Positions 1 through 9,902 of a stretch of DNA of 64,000 bases are shown piece by piece (position 1 is the first letter of the stretch; every line of letters begins with the position of its first letter). This DNA comes from an uncultured virus (IMG/VR IMGVR_UViG_3300048503_000017). Lineage: Duplodnaviria; Heunggongvirae; Uroviricota; Caudoviricetes. The DNA is taken from IMG/VR virus record IMGVR_UViG_3300048503_000017; one strand, 5' to 3'. Position numbers and translations under genes: made by a program. The notes under the pieces were generated by a model, which saw only the letters and a list, made by a program, of their open reading frames with translations, did not search any database and was not told the origin of the DNA.

Positions 1-201
1 CAGCCGATAGGCTTCAGCTTTCAGGATAGAGAACCCAAGTTCCTTGGAATACATCCACTCTTCCGGTTTGTACGTTCCTTCATCCTGCTGTTTCATGGCC
101 GTAGCAATCCACAAGGCGCGGTCAAACTCAATGCGGTTACGTGTCATGTGCTGGATGCCTTCGGCCATGTCGATTACTGTCATGTCCTCAAAGTTCTTCA
201 T
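1..201 (-). CDS. hypothetical protein (runs off window start)
   Basis: GGAGG RBS then ATG at 201 (MKNFEDMTVIDMAEGIQH...), open to the window edge; not in ORF track. Confidence 0.6.
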   Translation of the reverse strand, partial: MKNFEDMTVIDMAEGIQHMTRNRIEFDRALWIATAMKQQDEGTYKPEEWMYSKELGFSILKAEAYRL

Positions 202-335
202 AGTGTTTCCCTCCAATGTCCCTACTATCGGCCAAAGCCGCTAAGACTTCAATGCCCCTCAATTCTGCCATGCTAGGGGCTGTCCGAGGCCGCTGCAGCT
301 CGTCCTGGGGCTTCCTATTGCGGCTTTGGGGCAAG

Positions 336-362
336 AAAAAGGCCCGATCCGAAGACCGGGCC
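336..362 (-). terminator. intrinsic terminator
   Basis: GGCCCGGTC-TTCG-GATCGGGCC hairpin followed by TTTTT on minus strand, downstream of the 385-1086 gene. Confidence 0.75.
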
Positions 363-384
363 GAATCTCGCATGATCGCGCTGT

Positions 385-1086
385 CTACCAGACAAAGCCG
401 AAATGCTCGACGGCTGCGCGAAACGCCACCAACAACGCGGGGAGCCTCGCCTCCAGCCGCTCTTTCAATCCGGGCGCTGTCAGGTCTTCGTCTGTTGCTT
501 CGGGCCACACTGCCGAACTGCGGGCGAAGTCTAGCTGTCTTTCCTTCCCATCGCCTACGATCCAGACCGGCTCCCAAGTTGCCGTGAGTGATTCCTGTGG
601 TTGTTCATTGGACTCGCGCCAATCGGTATGGCCGATTTTCACTATCTCACCATCGGAACCGCGAATGATCCGCTCCCAGACGGGCAGCTTCGTCTTGCCG
701 TTGCGGAGTTGCCGCTTCTCGCCTTTGAGGAGTCCTTTGTAGTCGCGGTCGCTGGCATGGTAGACGGTATTTGCAACGTAGTGCATGGGGCCGTCAGAAC
801 TGCACAGATGCCACTTGATGAACGGCTCAAGCCCAGGAAAAGCTGCTGCAACTTCGTCATGGAGACAGCCGCCAGCTCCGCCACCCTTGCGGCGGTCAAC
901 CGGGCGAATATCCGCTGTGATACTGAAAGTGTTATGCCCATTGCCACGCTCGTCGTCATAGCGGACTTCTGCAACGATCACAGAAGGCTCACCGTAGTAC
1001 GTTATGCGTTTGGGGCCAAACTTCGCCCGCTGCCGTTTCGCTGTCTCGCTTTGCGTTGTGATTGCCAAAGCCGCTACGCTCCCCAT
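385..1086 (-). CDS. phage hypothetical protein
   Basis: 233-aa ORF, protein-like composition (GCLHDE, KWHLCSSDGPMHY), followed by a terminator. Confidence 0.7.
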   Translation of the reverse strand: MGSVAALAITTQSETAKRQRAKFGPKRITYYGEPSVIVAEVRYDDERGNGHNTFSITADIRPVDRRKGGGAGGCLHDEVAAAFPGLEPFIKWHLCSSDGPMHYVANTVYHASDRDYKGLLKGEKRQLRNGKTKLPVWERIIRGSDGEIVKIGHTDWRESNEQPQESLTATWEPVWIVGDGKERQLDFARSSAVWPEATDEDLTAPGLKERLEARLPALLVAFRAAVEHFGFVW

Positions 1087-1507
1087 AGTTGCACCCTCCG
1101 CCAGCCTTCCGGCCAGCCGTTACCATGCTACCAACTCGTAGATTGCTGCATACACCAGCAACCCAAACGCTACCGCTCCGGCAAACCCTTTTACCTGTCG
1201 CCAGGTCTTCGGGTCGCCGTTCACTAGGTTGTAAAGCCATTCATCCATCACAGCACCAGCCCGATCAAAAACATTATTCCGGCTGCAACGATCCACAACA
1301 ACCTGTACATGGCGCGGCTTTGCGTCCACTTCGCCCAGACCAGGAATACCGCTAGAGCGATTACCAAACCCCACGGAACTACCATACAGCCACCTTTCCC
1401 AGCCGCCACGATACGAAAACCGCCGCAGCAGCTACCCCAACAAAGAACCCAATCACGTAGGCCATAAGCCCTCCATGACCCAACTATGCCCCCAAACCGC
1501 TAAGGCT

Positions 1508-1852
1508 TCAAGGGGTCACTACAATCCGCCATCTTTGGCACTGCGAATTGAAGCAGGCTACGCCACCAGTTATCGCCTCCATTGGACGTAAGCAGGCTCG
1601 ACAAACACGCCTTGGTTTCTCGATCTCTGCCGGCTTCGGACTCTCGTGATCTATCGGTCTCTCTACCCTCGCCGGCTTCGGACCTCGCGCAATAATCATT
1701 TTCTCGGCCTTCGGACTCTCGACCTTACCTGAGTTCCAATGGCTTGACCTGCACTTCCGGCTCGGACATCGTGCCGGATCACTCGCGCTCTCAGGTATCC
1801 AAGTCCACCCGCAAACATCACATTTCCACGCTTCTATCGTCACTCTCGCCAT
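1508..1852 (-). CDS. Zn-ribbon protein
   Basis: CDVC...CPSRKC and CRAC...CFNSQC motifs. Confidence 0.65.
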   Translation of the reverse strand: MARVTIEAWKCDVCGWTWIPESASDPARCPSRKCRSSHWNSGKVESPKAEKMIIARGPKPARVERPIDHESPKPAEIEKPRRVCRACLRPMEAITGGVACFNSQCQRWRIVVTP

Positions 1853-1888
1853 TGGTACAGTGTACCTCTAATCGCATTGGTACAGTGT
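1850..1888. repeat. 14-bp direct repeat over a gene start (possible operator)
   Basis: CATTGGTACAGTGT at 1850-1863 and 1875-1888. Confidence 0.6.
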
Positions 1889-2138
1889 GCCTAAATCTAT
1901 CCCCTGAATGCAATACACTCACCGTGGTGCCACATTCGAGCGTATTTATAGGGCGCTCCAGTGGGCCGAGGAAAGGCTCATCCATCGCGGTCTTTTCGGC
2001 TGGCTGTGGTTGTGGTTTGTCTGTGTCGGTGTAATTGGTGAGGGCGTCTGCAAGCGTTAATGATTTTGGTGTGGGATGGGCAAGAGAAAGCCCGCGCACT
2101 TGGGAAGGTGAACGGGCTAAAGTAGTTAATGTTGTGTT

Positions 2139-2357
2139 TTAACTGGCTTCGGTCTCGCAGATTCCGGTCAGGATGTACTTGTCTGTCCAGTCGATGCCGC
2201 AAGCATTGCAGTGCATATCCTGAAGCGCCAACCCATCGTTAATGGAAATGTCTCCACCTTGCAGGTCGCCGCTTTCGCATTGCGGGCAAACTACGCCAAG
2301 GCTTGAGACGTACTCCTCTTCTTGGTGTTTGGTGATTGCTGCCTTCACTTGCTCCAT
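2139..2357 (-). CDS. small Zn-finger protein
   Basis: CPQC...CNAC, GAGG RBS. Confidence 0.65.
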   Translation of the reverse strand: MEQVKAAITKHQEEEYVSSLGVVCPQCESGDLQGGDISINDGLALQDMHCNACGIDWTDKYILTGICETEAS

Positions 2358-2406
2358 TTAGAATCCTCGCTTTCACTTTGGTTGTCTTCTCTGCGGTTTT
2401 GAATCA

Positions 2407-2592
2407 CTATTCGTAGTGTTTCCGCTCACAGTCCGCACAGAGAACCCATTCCCCAACGATCCCCAATTTCTCTGTGGTTCCGCAACAGTCACACCGGCTG
2501 TCGTCGTAAATCTCCGCCTTCGGTCTCCTGTTGGCGTCTATGCCCGGCTCCCGATACGGACTGTCGTCTCTTAGCATCCCTATTCCCTCCAT
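2407..2592 (-). CDS. small Cys-motif hypothetical protein
   Basis: CDCC...CADC, fits minus-strand gene tiling. Confidence 0.5.
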   Translation of the reverse strand: MEGIGMLRDDSPYREPGIDANRRPKAEIYDDSRCDCCGTTEKLGIVGEWVLCADCERKHYE

Positions 2593-2619
2593 TGCGGTTT
2601 TAGGCCGTCGCCGGCCGGT

Positions 2620-2853
2620 TCAAAACAAACTCATCTGCCGCTCAGGTTCCGGCGCCCACTCTTGCACTTCCGGCTCCGCTTCCATGCGGCTTGCCACTAC
2701 TGAGACTGTACCTTGCAATGCAGGCTGGTGGTAGGGGTCGGTTATGTCCCTGCCGCAGATCCCGCACTGGTACGGCTTCTTGCGGCTTTTATCCACGAAA
2801 GCATGGAAAGCCTCATCTGCCGTTGCCCAGCCGAACCTTGCTCGGTTTCTCAT
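2620..2853 (-). CDS. hypothetical protein
   Basis: GAGG RBS, CGIC motif, tiling. Confidence 0.45.
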   Translation of the reverse strand: MRNRARFGWATADEAFHAFVDKSRKKPYQCGICGRDITDPYHQPALQGTVSVVASRMEAEPEVQEWAPEPERQMSLF

Positions 2854-2883
2854 CGCACCCTCGATTCCAAATTTTGGAATTTC

Positions 2884-3132
2884 TCAGCCCTGGTAGTTCA
2901 TCACAGCTATGTCGAAGTCTTCCGCTCGCATGTCCCGCTCGTGCTGCTTCCCGCAGCCGTCGCCGGCACACATCACTTTCTTGGTTGCAGGGAAATACAA
3001 GGCATCCTCGCCTTTCTTGATGCCAAAGCCACAGCGGGAGCACTTCCCGCCAAACTTCGTTTTGATCCAATACGGGGTTGTGTTTTTCATTGCGGTTTTC
3101 CTCCATGCTTCGATTGTTGCACTACTCCACAA
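2884..3132 (-). CDS. small Zn-binding hypothetical protein
   Basis: CSRC...CAGDGC; true start probably the internal MKNTT with GGAGG RBS. Confidence 0.55.
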   Translation of the reverse strand: MWSSATIEAWRKTAMKNTTPYWIKTKFGGKCSRCGFGIKKGEDALYFPATKKVMCAGDGCGKQHERDMRAEDFDIAVMNYQG

Positions 3133-3162
3133 ATAGACAAGCCCCCACCCAAAGGCAGGGGC
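3131..3162 (-). terminator. intrinsic terminator
   Basis: GCCCCTGCC-TTTG-GGTGGGGGC then TTGTCTATTT. Confidence 0.6.
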
Positions 3163-3178
3163 TCATCCTTGCACTTCA

Positions 3179-3988
3179 TTACGCTGCGGCCGTCTCGCTC
3201 TGCGCCTCGGCCGTCTCATTGTGGGCTGCTGCTTGGATCTCGCGCTCTGCTCTCCGATGTAGCTCCTCCCTGTAGCAATCGACGTATTGCGTCGCCCGGC
3301 GCCGGTTACTGTGCAGGTCTACTGCGGCTTGGCAGGCTTCGAACGCATCGCGGAAATCCCTCGCAAGTTGGTACTGGTCGGCTTGCGATCCGCGTATGCT
3401 CTTCGCGCTCTCAAACCATTTCAAGTGAACGGCTGGCATCTCCATGTAGCTCTTTTTGAGGTTGTCCGCTGCCCAAGTCCGAACGGAGTCGGCATACTGC
3501 CAGCGTTCAAGGCCGTCCATGTGCTCATTCATCACCAGTCCGAGAATAGAATCCGCAGTCCCGGTCTGGTACTCGTTCAATTCCTTGTACCGGGTGTCGT
3601 ATTGCAGTTTCGGGTTCCGCGAGACTTTTAGCTCGCTCATGCTGTAATACCGTTTCTTGTTCCAGTCCTTGTCTTTCTCTGGATCGAAGACAAGCGATGC
3701 GGCAAACCTGAGTGAGTCCATCCGTGGTTGCGCGTGGAACATGTGGCTGTAGTTACTGGCGATCTCCTCGTCTTCCAAGAGAATGACGGCCAAGGAAAAC
3801 AGGTAGTCGATTGCATACTCCTCAGTCACGGGCCAATCGTGGCTGTGCTGAGTCATGCCGTCACCCATCGTTTCGAACATGCGGAATTTTTGGGTGAGAA
3901 AAGGGTTAGCGCGATACTCCCACTTGTCGCTGTCGAAGGAGTAACCAAACTTGGCTGAATTTGCGATTGAAGCGAATTTCTTGTACAT
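3179..3988 (-). CDS. hypothetical protein
   Basis: 269-aa ORF, GGAGG RBS, terminator downstream. Confidence 0.75.
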   Translation of the reverse strand: MYKKFASIANSAKFGYSFDSDKWEYRANPFLTQKFRMFETMGDGMTQHSHDWPVTEEYAIDYLFSLAVILLEDEEIASNYSHMFHAQPRMDSLRFAASLVFDPEKDKDWNKKRYYSMSELKVSRNPKLQYDTRYKELNEYQTGTADSILGLVMNEHMDGLERWQYADSVRTWAADNLKKSYMEMPAVHLKWFESAKSIRGSQADQYQLARDFRDAFEACQAAVDLHSNRRRATQYVDCYREELHRRAEREIQAAAHNETAEAQSETAAA

Positions 3989-4054
3989 CCCAATCCCTCC
4001 ATCGGCTTTGCCGATAACTGATAGTCACACTCTTCCCCATAGAGAGCAATCCCC

Positions 4055-4537
4055 CTATTGCTCCGCTGCGGCCGGCTCCATCCCCGTCAAGGTCTGCGGA
4101 ACAAAGAGAGACTGTTGCACCGCCAGCTTTCCAGACTTCCGACGTATCGCATCGCGCCACTTCGCGCAAAACTCGCCATCGGGCTGCGGCGCCATGTCGA
4201 GAAATTCCACCGGGCACGTGTCGTCATACGGCCCCATCGCCTCTTCCATGTCCTTGTGGCCCCACCCATAACTGCCGTCTTTGTCGAGCAAGGAAAGACC
4301 GATCCACTTCTCGGTCGTGACCGTGCCATCCGGCTTTGTCGTTGTCGTCTCCCGAACGTACCAGAGAGAATTGCCAACGCAGCGATACGCCAGCACGATT
4401 GATTGCGTCCTGGTTCCGGCTGGCTTGGCCCCGTACCATGACTTCGCGGTTTCCTCGGTTGCGGTTGTGTCCCACGGCTCAAGAATGTCGTGGATGATTG
4501 TTTCCTTTGAAGCTCCACGTCTGAATGTCCAACCCAT
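4055..4537 (-). CDS. DUF6927-like protein
   Basis: MGWT start; GWGHKDMEEAMGPYDDTCP..LD..W R pattern typical of this family. Confidence 0.6.
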   Translation of the reverse strand: MGWTFRRGASKETIIHDILEPWDTTATEETAKSWYGAKPAGTRTQSIVLAYRCVGNSLWYVRETTTTKPDGTVTTEKWIGLSLLDKDGSYGWGHKDMEEAMGPYDDTCPVEFLDMAPQPDGEFCAKWRDAIRRKSGKLAVQQSLFVPQTLTGMEPAAAEQ

Positions 4538-4621
4538 AACACCCTCCGTCACTTCACTGCGGTTTTGATCCGTCTCTCGGCGGACCTGTTAATCGACTGC
4601 TGCCGGCGATCACGCTTGCCG

Positions 4622-4918
4622 TCAGACTCCTTCCTCAACTTGAACTTCACTCGGATTTTCATTCCCCAATCCCTCCGGTTTCTCGATCTGTGGATGCCTT
4701 TCCATCTCCAGCGTTCCAGTAGTCAAAAAACGCTGGAACAACGTCACAGCATGGCCCGATCCGCAAGCATGATGATCGTTCGGACTCGGCACCTTTTGCT
4801 TCCCCAATGAACCAACCTTAAACGCCTTACCTTCCAGCCGTACCCACCACCAGTGATTTACGGACTGCTTCTCGATCCCGCAGATGTCACAGATTATCGG
4901 ACTTGACTTGATCGACAT
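4622..4918 (-). CDS. Zn-binding hypothetical protein
   Basis: CDICG.EK..NHWW...HACG motif, GGAGG RBS; resembles small proteins I associate with Acidobacteriota (unverified). Confidence 0.6.
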   Translation of the reverse strand: MSIKSSPIICDICGIEKQSVNHWWWVRLEGKAFKVGSLGKQKVPSPNDHHACGSGHAVTLFQRFLTTGTLEMERHPQIEKPEGLGNENPSEVQVEEGV

Positions 4919-4955
4919 ACTGCCTCCATGACGTTATCCTTGCACATCCCCCATA

Positions 4956-4988
4956 GAAAACAAGGCCCCTGCCGTAGCAGGAGCCCCG
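4956..4988 (-). terminator. intrinsic terminator
   Basis: GGGGCTCCTGC-TACG-GCAGGGGCCTT then GTTTTCT. Confidence 0.65.
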
Positions 4989-5006
4989 TCTTCGCCGTGG
5001 AGGGTA

Positions 5007-6140
5007 TTAGGCGGCATCTTCAATGACCTGGCCGGTTTTGCCGTCGAGCATCGCGCCAGCAACTTTCATCACTTCCAGCTTGCGGCCCTCGTCCTCGACC
5101 TTCGTATTCGCAATCCACGAAATCGCGTTCGACATCCGCCATGTGGTTGAGCCCGGAGGAAGCATCTCGACTTCGGGAGAGTTGAAAGCCTCCACAACAG
5201 CATCGACTTCTCCCTTGCGGAGATTCTTCTTCAGGAACCCCATCACGTTCTTGGGGTCGATCTTCTCCGTGTTCGCCTTCTCGATCAAACCCATGTACTC
5301 GTTGACGTTCTCTGCGGCTAAGGACCGTTGCACAATATCCTGCGCGGCCGATGCCATTGTCTGAGTGTCCAGATCGTAGGTGCGCTGTGACAGTTGCAGG
5401 TCTTCGCCCAGCCGCGCCCCAAGGTGGATCTTGCGGAGGTCTTCGGTTGAAATGGCCCGGTTCGTACACCACAACCGCTCAACAAAGGTGCGCAGCGACA
5501 GAGCACCCTGGCCGAAGTCTGAATTCTCCAGAGCTACGCCGAAAATCATGACCTCGTGTGGCACCGGCTCAAAGACGTAGGGAAGCACAGCCTTGACCGC
5601 TATCTTCGTCTCCAGCGCGTATCCATCGAGAGGCACCGCCCCGAAGGTGGCGACGGCCTGAATGAACTGGTCGACGATTGGCCGTGAGTCCAGGCGCCGA
5701 TAGGAATCCGACAGGAACCCGCGAACCTCGTTCTTGACGCTGCGGGTCAGATACCGTGCGCCGTTGCCGTTGTGATAGATGCGGTTCAGGTTCTCCGCTA
5801 CCAGTTCGGCCCCCCACTGGCCTTTCTCCATGAGCCTATCAATGAAGGACAGAGGGATGTCAGCCCTCGCTGCGGCTTGCCCGATTGCGTGACGGTGGAA
5901 ACCTTCTTCCGTCCGGTCGGTGTCGGGAAAGCGAACCTTGATGCCATTCCCCAGGGTAATGAATTCCAACTTTTTTGCCGCTACGATGCGGTCCGTTGGA
6001 ACTTGCGTCTGTACCTGTTCGATTACCGCGAGAGTCCTTGCTTTCCCCCGCTCAATCTCGGCTTCAAACTTCGACCGAGCTTCCGCTGCGGCTGCGCTTG
6101 CCGCTACGTTGTAGTCCTGCGCTCCGTGGTGATAAAGCAT
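5007..6140 (-). CDS. DUF932-like phage protein
   Basis: RGFLSDSYRRLD, ENSDFGQGAL, RLWCTN, RKIHLG motifs; GGAGG RBS before MLYHH. Confidence 0.65.
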   Translation of the reverse strand: MLYHHGAQDYNVAASAAAAEARSKFEAEIERGKARTLAVIEQVQTQVPTDRIVAAKKLEFITLGNGIKVRFPDTDRTEEGFHRHAIGQAAARADIPLSFIDRLMEKGQWGAELVAENLNRIYHNGNGARYLTRSVKNEVRGFLSDSYRRLDSRPIVDQFIQAVATFGAVPLDGYALETKIAVKAVLPYVFEPVPHEVMIFGVALENSDFGQGALSLRTFVERLWCTNRAISTEDLRKIHLGARLGEDLQLSQRTYDLDTQTMASAAQDIVQRSLAAENVNEYMGLIEKANTEKIDPKNVMGFLKKNLRKGEVDAVVEAFNSPEVEMLPPGSTTWRMSNAISWIANTKVEDEGRKLEVMKVAGAMLDGKTGQVIEDAA

Positions 6141-6526
6141 TCTTTCAACCCTCCAAGGTTGTGTGATTCCTTGCATCTGCCCCAATACTACCCTCAGATG
6201 TTTTCGAGTCAAGACCCCTACTCTTCAGGATTGAGTTGCGACACCAGCAGCCCAGCATCCGTCAACAGCCGCCGAGCCTTCATCTTGAACTCGGAGAACC
6301 CCATCACAGGCACATCGGCCTGGATATGACTCCCCGGCTTGTGATCGGAATCGCTCGGCCTCGACCAATACCCAGCCAGCGGCTTCAAAGCCTCCTTGAT
6401 CGCACTCTTCCCTCGCCCTCGCAAGAGAACCCCACGGCCAAACAGTACCCTCCGCTTCGGACCAACTACCAAAGAGCGTCCAGCGGAACTCTCGTGAATC
6501 CGCAAAGTTGATAGAAAACAATACAC

Positions 6527-6898
6527 TTACTTGCCCTTCGCTTTCTCGCGCTCTGCACGCTTCCGCAGGTTGCCGAACAGAGACCCCAACCGCTCAAACA
6601 TCGTCGGCTTGATCACTTCCAACTCTGCGGCTGTGGGAACCAACTGGTAGGTCGTCCCATCCGGCAAAGTCTTCTTCTCTAAGAGCTTGCGCTTGGCGCT
6701 CCGCTCCAGCCGCTTCTTCTTCATGAGACTGAAGGCTTTAGGACCGATGGAGCGATTGAAGACTTCTCTTAGGTTGCGGCTTGTCAGACCGGGATTGTTG
6801 GGCATCAATCGCTTGAGCTTCTTCCTACTCAAAGGCTTCTCGCAATCCGTTTGAGTCCCAGTCATGTCGTGGTGCAGTAAAGCCATCGCTTCCCTCAC
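6527..6898 (-). CDS. basic hypothetical protein
   Basis: 123-aa ORF coupled to neighbours. Confidence 0.5.
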   Translation of the reverse strand: MREAMALLHHDMTGTQTDCEKPLSRKKLKRLMPNNPGLTSRNLREVFNRSIGPKAFSLMKKKRLERSAKRKLLEKKTLPDGTTYQLVPTAAELEVIKPTMFERLGSLFGNLRKRAEREKAKGK

Positions 6899-7107
6899 TT
6901 TAACGGCGCGGCCATGATCCTGTGCGCCTGTCTGAACTCCACCTGAAACCGCTGCCCCGCCTGCCTCAGCGTATTTACTCTGTGAAGATATGCGTCTCGG
7001 CTTATTTGTGAACGCCGAAACTCGTCGCGGATCGTGTCAAACTCCGCTAGTACGTTCCCGACCGCAGTCTGGAACTCGTCCTTGCATACTCGGTCTTCCA
7101 TCCCCAA
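6895..7107 (-). CDS. hypothetical protein
   Basis: GGAGG RBS, overlaps next gene start. Confidence 0.5.
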   Translation of the reverse strand: MGMEDRVCKDEFQTAVGNVLAEFDTIRDEFRRSQISRDAYLHRVNTLRQAGQRFQVEFRQAHRIMAAPLK

Positions 7108-7191
7108 TGCCCTCCATTAGCTCCAATCAATCCAAATACATACACGCCGTCATCTGGAACGCTTCCCATGGTTCGCTTGCAATGCGCACAC

Positions 7192-7879
7192 TCAAATATG
7201 GCCCTTCTCGCGCTTGATGGTGGTCTTACCCTTCGCTTTCGCTGCCGAAGCCGCCTCCGTAAGCCGCTGCGCTGCCGTCAAGGGGTTCCTGCGAGTCTCC
7301 GCTACCGCACGAGCCTCGCTGACCTTCACCCCGTCGACGCCCTTCCTTACCGCATCCTTGACTGCGATGGGAGCCGCATTCAGATCCAGAGCCTTCTTTG
7401 CGATGCGGATTGCCTTCTGCGGATCGGTTGTGATCGACGGTGGAACGCACTTCACTACCTCGTCAAGAGGCTGGCCCAGGTCGATCAACTGCTGGAGAGC
7501 TTTGCCCAATTCCAACAGCGTCGGCGCCAACCCGGTATTCCGCAGGATGCTCCTTTTGAGCAGGTAGACTTCATCGCCCTTCACCTTGGAAACAGGGAAT
7601 ATACCCGTCCCACTTCTCCTTGCGAAGTTCCTTGCAGGCCGTCAAACGGCACTCGCCGCCTCCCGGTGCCAAGTACCACTTCCCATCCGAAAAGATTACG
7701 TCGATGGGGTCTTTAACCCCTTCATTCCGAATGGATTCCTTCAACCAAGCAACGTGCGCTTTGGTCTCTGCGGAGTTCATGTCACGGTAGTTCGAGCCCG
7801 CGATGATGCTGATGATTTCCGGCCGCAGGTTCCCGCCGCGAACACTCCCCGTACTGTCTTTCTCGATTTGACTTGCCAT
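7192..7879 (-). pseudogene. ParB/Srx-like protein split by a +1 frameshift near 7585
   Basis: 7571-7879 has the ParB N-domain (NYR...LKESIRNEGVKDPIDV...GGGECRLTAC); 7192-7584 continues it (SILRNTG..PTLLELGKALQQL); removing one base gives FQVKGDEVYLL. Confidence 0.65.
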
Positions 7880-7931
7880 CCCAATCCCCTCTCTTTTCCA
7901 AATTTTGGACTGCGGTTGTCGGCCAAAGACG

Positions 7932-8126
7932 CTACTTGGCTATGAACGCATTGACGCCTACGGTCACCGCCTTGCCGTCCACCTGGGCGGTCGTCGGCAC
8001 GAGACCGGATGATGTTGCGACAATCAAGGTTTTTCCGCTCTTGCTCAACTCCGGCGTCCTCAACGGCAGCGTAATTACCAAATCCTTCCCTACGATTTCA
8101 ACCTTCATGAGTACCCTCCCTTGCAT
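7932..8126 (-). CDS. small beta-rich conserved hypothetical protein
   Basis: LSKSGKTLIVATSSG...VGVNAF pattern; likely start MKVEI. Confidence 0.65.
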   Translation of the reverse strand: MQGRVLMKVEIVGKDLVITLPLRTPELSKSGKTLIVATSSGLVPTTAQVDGKAVTVGVNAFIAK

Positions 8127-8197
8127 TTGAGATTGAGATGCTGAAACTGTCTACATCCCTTCATGGTCTCTCACTGTATGGGGGAAATGATTATTTG

Positions 8198-8470
8198 TCA
8201 AATAGCCTTGCAGTCTGGGCAGATGAATGAGGCTATGAAACCATGCGCACAGCGTTCCCCAAGCCGCAGAGAGTCCGTGCCTTTTAGGGCTTTCTTTATT
8301 GCAGAGTCGCCGTAGATCCGAACTGCCTCGATCTCAATATCTTGGCCGGCAAGCCGGATAACCGTGTGCCCGGAGTAATTCCTGCGACAGTTTGGGCAGG
8401 CACCGGGACACTCAGCGGCCACGAATTGCAGACGGCAGCGGTCGCAAACCCATAAGAAATCAATTTTCAT
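8198..8470 (-). CDS. Zn-ribbon hypothetical protein
   Basis: CDRC, CPNC, CPDC. Confidence 0.5.
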   Translation of the reverse strand: MKIDFLWVCDRCRLQFVAAECPGACPNCRRNYSGHTVIRLAGQDIEIEAVRIYGDSAIKKALKGTDSLRLGERCAHGFIASFICPDCKAI

Positions 8471-8858
8471 TGGGAATCAAACCGCCACCTGGTTGCACAA
8501 TTCCCACGGGCCATCGCGAAAAATACTCTTGCCACCATTCAATAGCAGGCTCAATGATTTGTTGCACATACGTGCATGTAGGACAGCAAACCAATGTCGC
8601 CACTTGCTCTGTAGCGGGATCGAACTCAGTGTAAATCTCTGCGGTGTTCGTCCAATGGCCACATCCCCAATTTAACAAGCCTTGGTACGAAAACGGATAT
8701 ATCGGCTTGTAGTCCGCATGTTTCCAATTTTTCGGTGGACTCGTCTGCGGAGGCTGGGGAAAGACGGGACTTCCGGGGCCTCCGGGTTGGGTGTAAACGA
8801 GGAGCCCGTTCTGGTATCCACCGTTGTAAAGCGTTCCGATCTGGGGAAGTCCCGCCAT
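8460..8858 (-). CDS. hypothetical protein
   Basis: 132-aa ORF tiled with neighbours. Confidence 0.55.
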   Translation of the reverse strand: MAGLPQIGTLYNGGYQNGLLVYTQPGGPGSPVFPQPPQTSPPKNWKHADYKPIYPFSYQGLLNWGCGHWTNTAEIYTEFDPATEQVATLVCCPTCTYVQQIIEPAIEWWQEYFSRWPVGIVQPGGGLIPNEN

Positions 8859-8861
8859 GCG

Positions 8862-9155
8862 TCAATTGTCTGCCTTTTCCTTCGCGGCTTCAACTTGTTC
8901 TTTTGAGCGGAAACCCTGCCATTGCTTCCGGCCCTGAGTCTGCCGCTTCCTCGACGCGGCCCCTGGATTCAGCCTCCGCTTGTTCTTCGTGATCCCCTTC
9001 CTGATGTAGATCGCGTCTCGGATCTCTGGCGCCTCTTCCCAGTTCAGGCTTCCACATACCTTGCACTTCTCGGGAGGGTCTTCTCCCCGCTCCAAGTCGA
9101 AACATTTGCCACATATTTCACACAAACAGCGCCGGACTATGATGATTACAATCAC
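8862..9155 (-). CDS. Zn-ribbon, basic hypothetical protein
   Basis: CEIC...CKVC, GTGA overlap with upstream gene. Confidence 0.6.
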   Translation of the reverse strand: MIVIIIVRRCLCEICGKCFDLERGEDPPEKCKVCGSLNWEEAPEIRDAIYIRKGITKNKRRLNPGAASRKRQTQGRKQWQGFRSKEQVEAAKEKADN

Positions 9156-9829
9156 CGTTTTCCAGCCGGACTGAAGTAGGCGTCCAGAGCCTCCTGAAAG
9201 AACTCGTTACACCAACGCTCAAGGGTTATGCCTCGATCCTTCGCTAACTCGTTCACCGGCTCAAACACGCCTTCTGGAATCGCCACGATAACTTTGGTGG
9301 AGCCGTCCGGCTGGAGACCGACGATTGGGAAACTCTTGCCGCCGAGCGGAGGTTGCAGGTCTTTTATCGTCCCCGTCCCAACCGCCATTGCGGTTTCCAG
9401 GTCGACTCCATACGGTTCGCCAAGAACCTGTATTAGCTCTGGAGACTCGTCGACTTCCTCGAATTCGGCGTCGATTACCGCCTCCCCAGACTCATTTAAG
9501 GCCGCCTCAAGTCCGTCGTCATGTGCAAGGCTGGTTTCAGAATTTTCCAAATTTTGGAATTCTGCCGCTCCGTTTTCCGTTTCTAGGTTACCGGGGGTTT
9601 CGTTCCCCTCTTGAGGCTCCAAAACGGCCTCTTTGGGGGGTGTCTCGTGTCCCTCAGCCGTGGATTGCTCTGTCATTTCTCTCGTCTCCTTTTGCGGCTT
9701 AACTTCTTTGTTCCCACGCGGTTTCATGTTGTTTCCGATCTTTCTCGCTTTTTGTCCCTTGCCCATGATCGATTTGCCCTCCTTATCGACCAAATCATAG
9801 CACTTTCCATTCGGCATTTTGGGGCTCAC
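9152..9829 (-). CDS. acidic hypothetical protein, possible C-terminal RHH-like domain
   Basis: 225-aa ORF ending VAIPEGVFEPVNELAKDRGITLERWCNEFFQEAL. Confidence 0.6.
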   Translation of the reverse strand: MSPKMPNGKCYDLVDKEGKSIMGKGQKARKIGNNMKPRGNKEVKPQKETREMTEQSTAEGHETPPKEAVLEPQEGNETPGNLETENGAAEFQNLENSETSLAHDDGLEAALNESGEAVIDAEFEEVDESPELIQVLGEPYGVDLETAMAVGTGTIKDLQPPLGGKSFPIVGLQPDGSTKVIVAIPEGVFEPVNELAKDRGITLERWCNEFFQEALDAYFSPAGKR

Positions 9830-9902
9830 ACCACAAAAATGATTTTTGGTGCGATACTGCCAACATGCAAAGGCACTTTAGTTCGACCAGAAAGGAAGGC
9901 AA

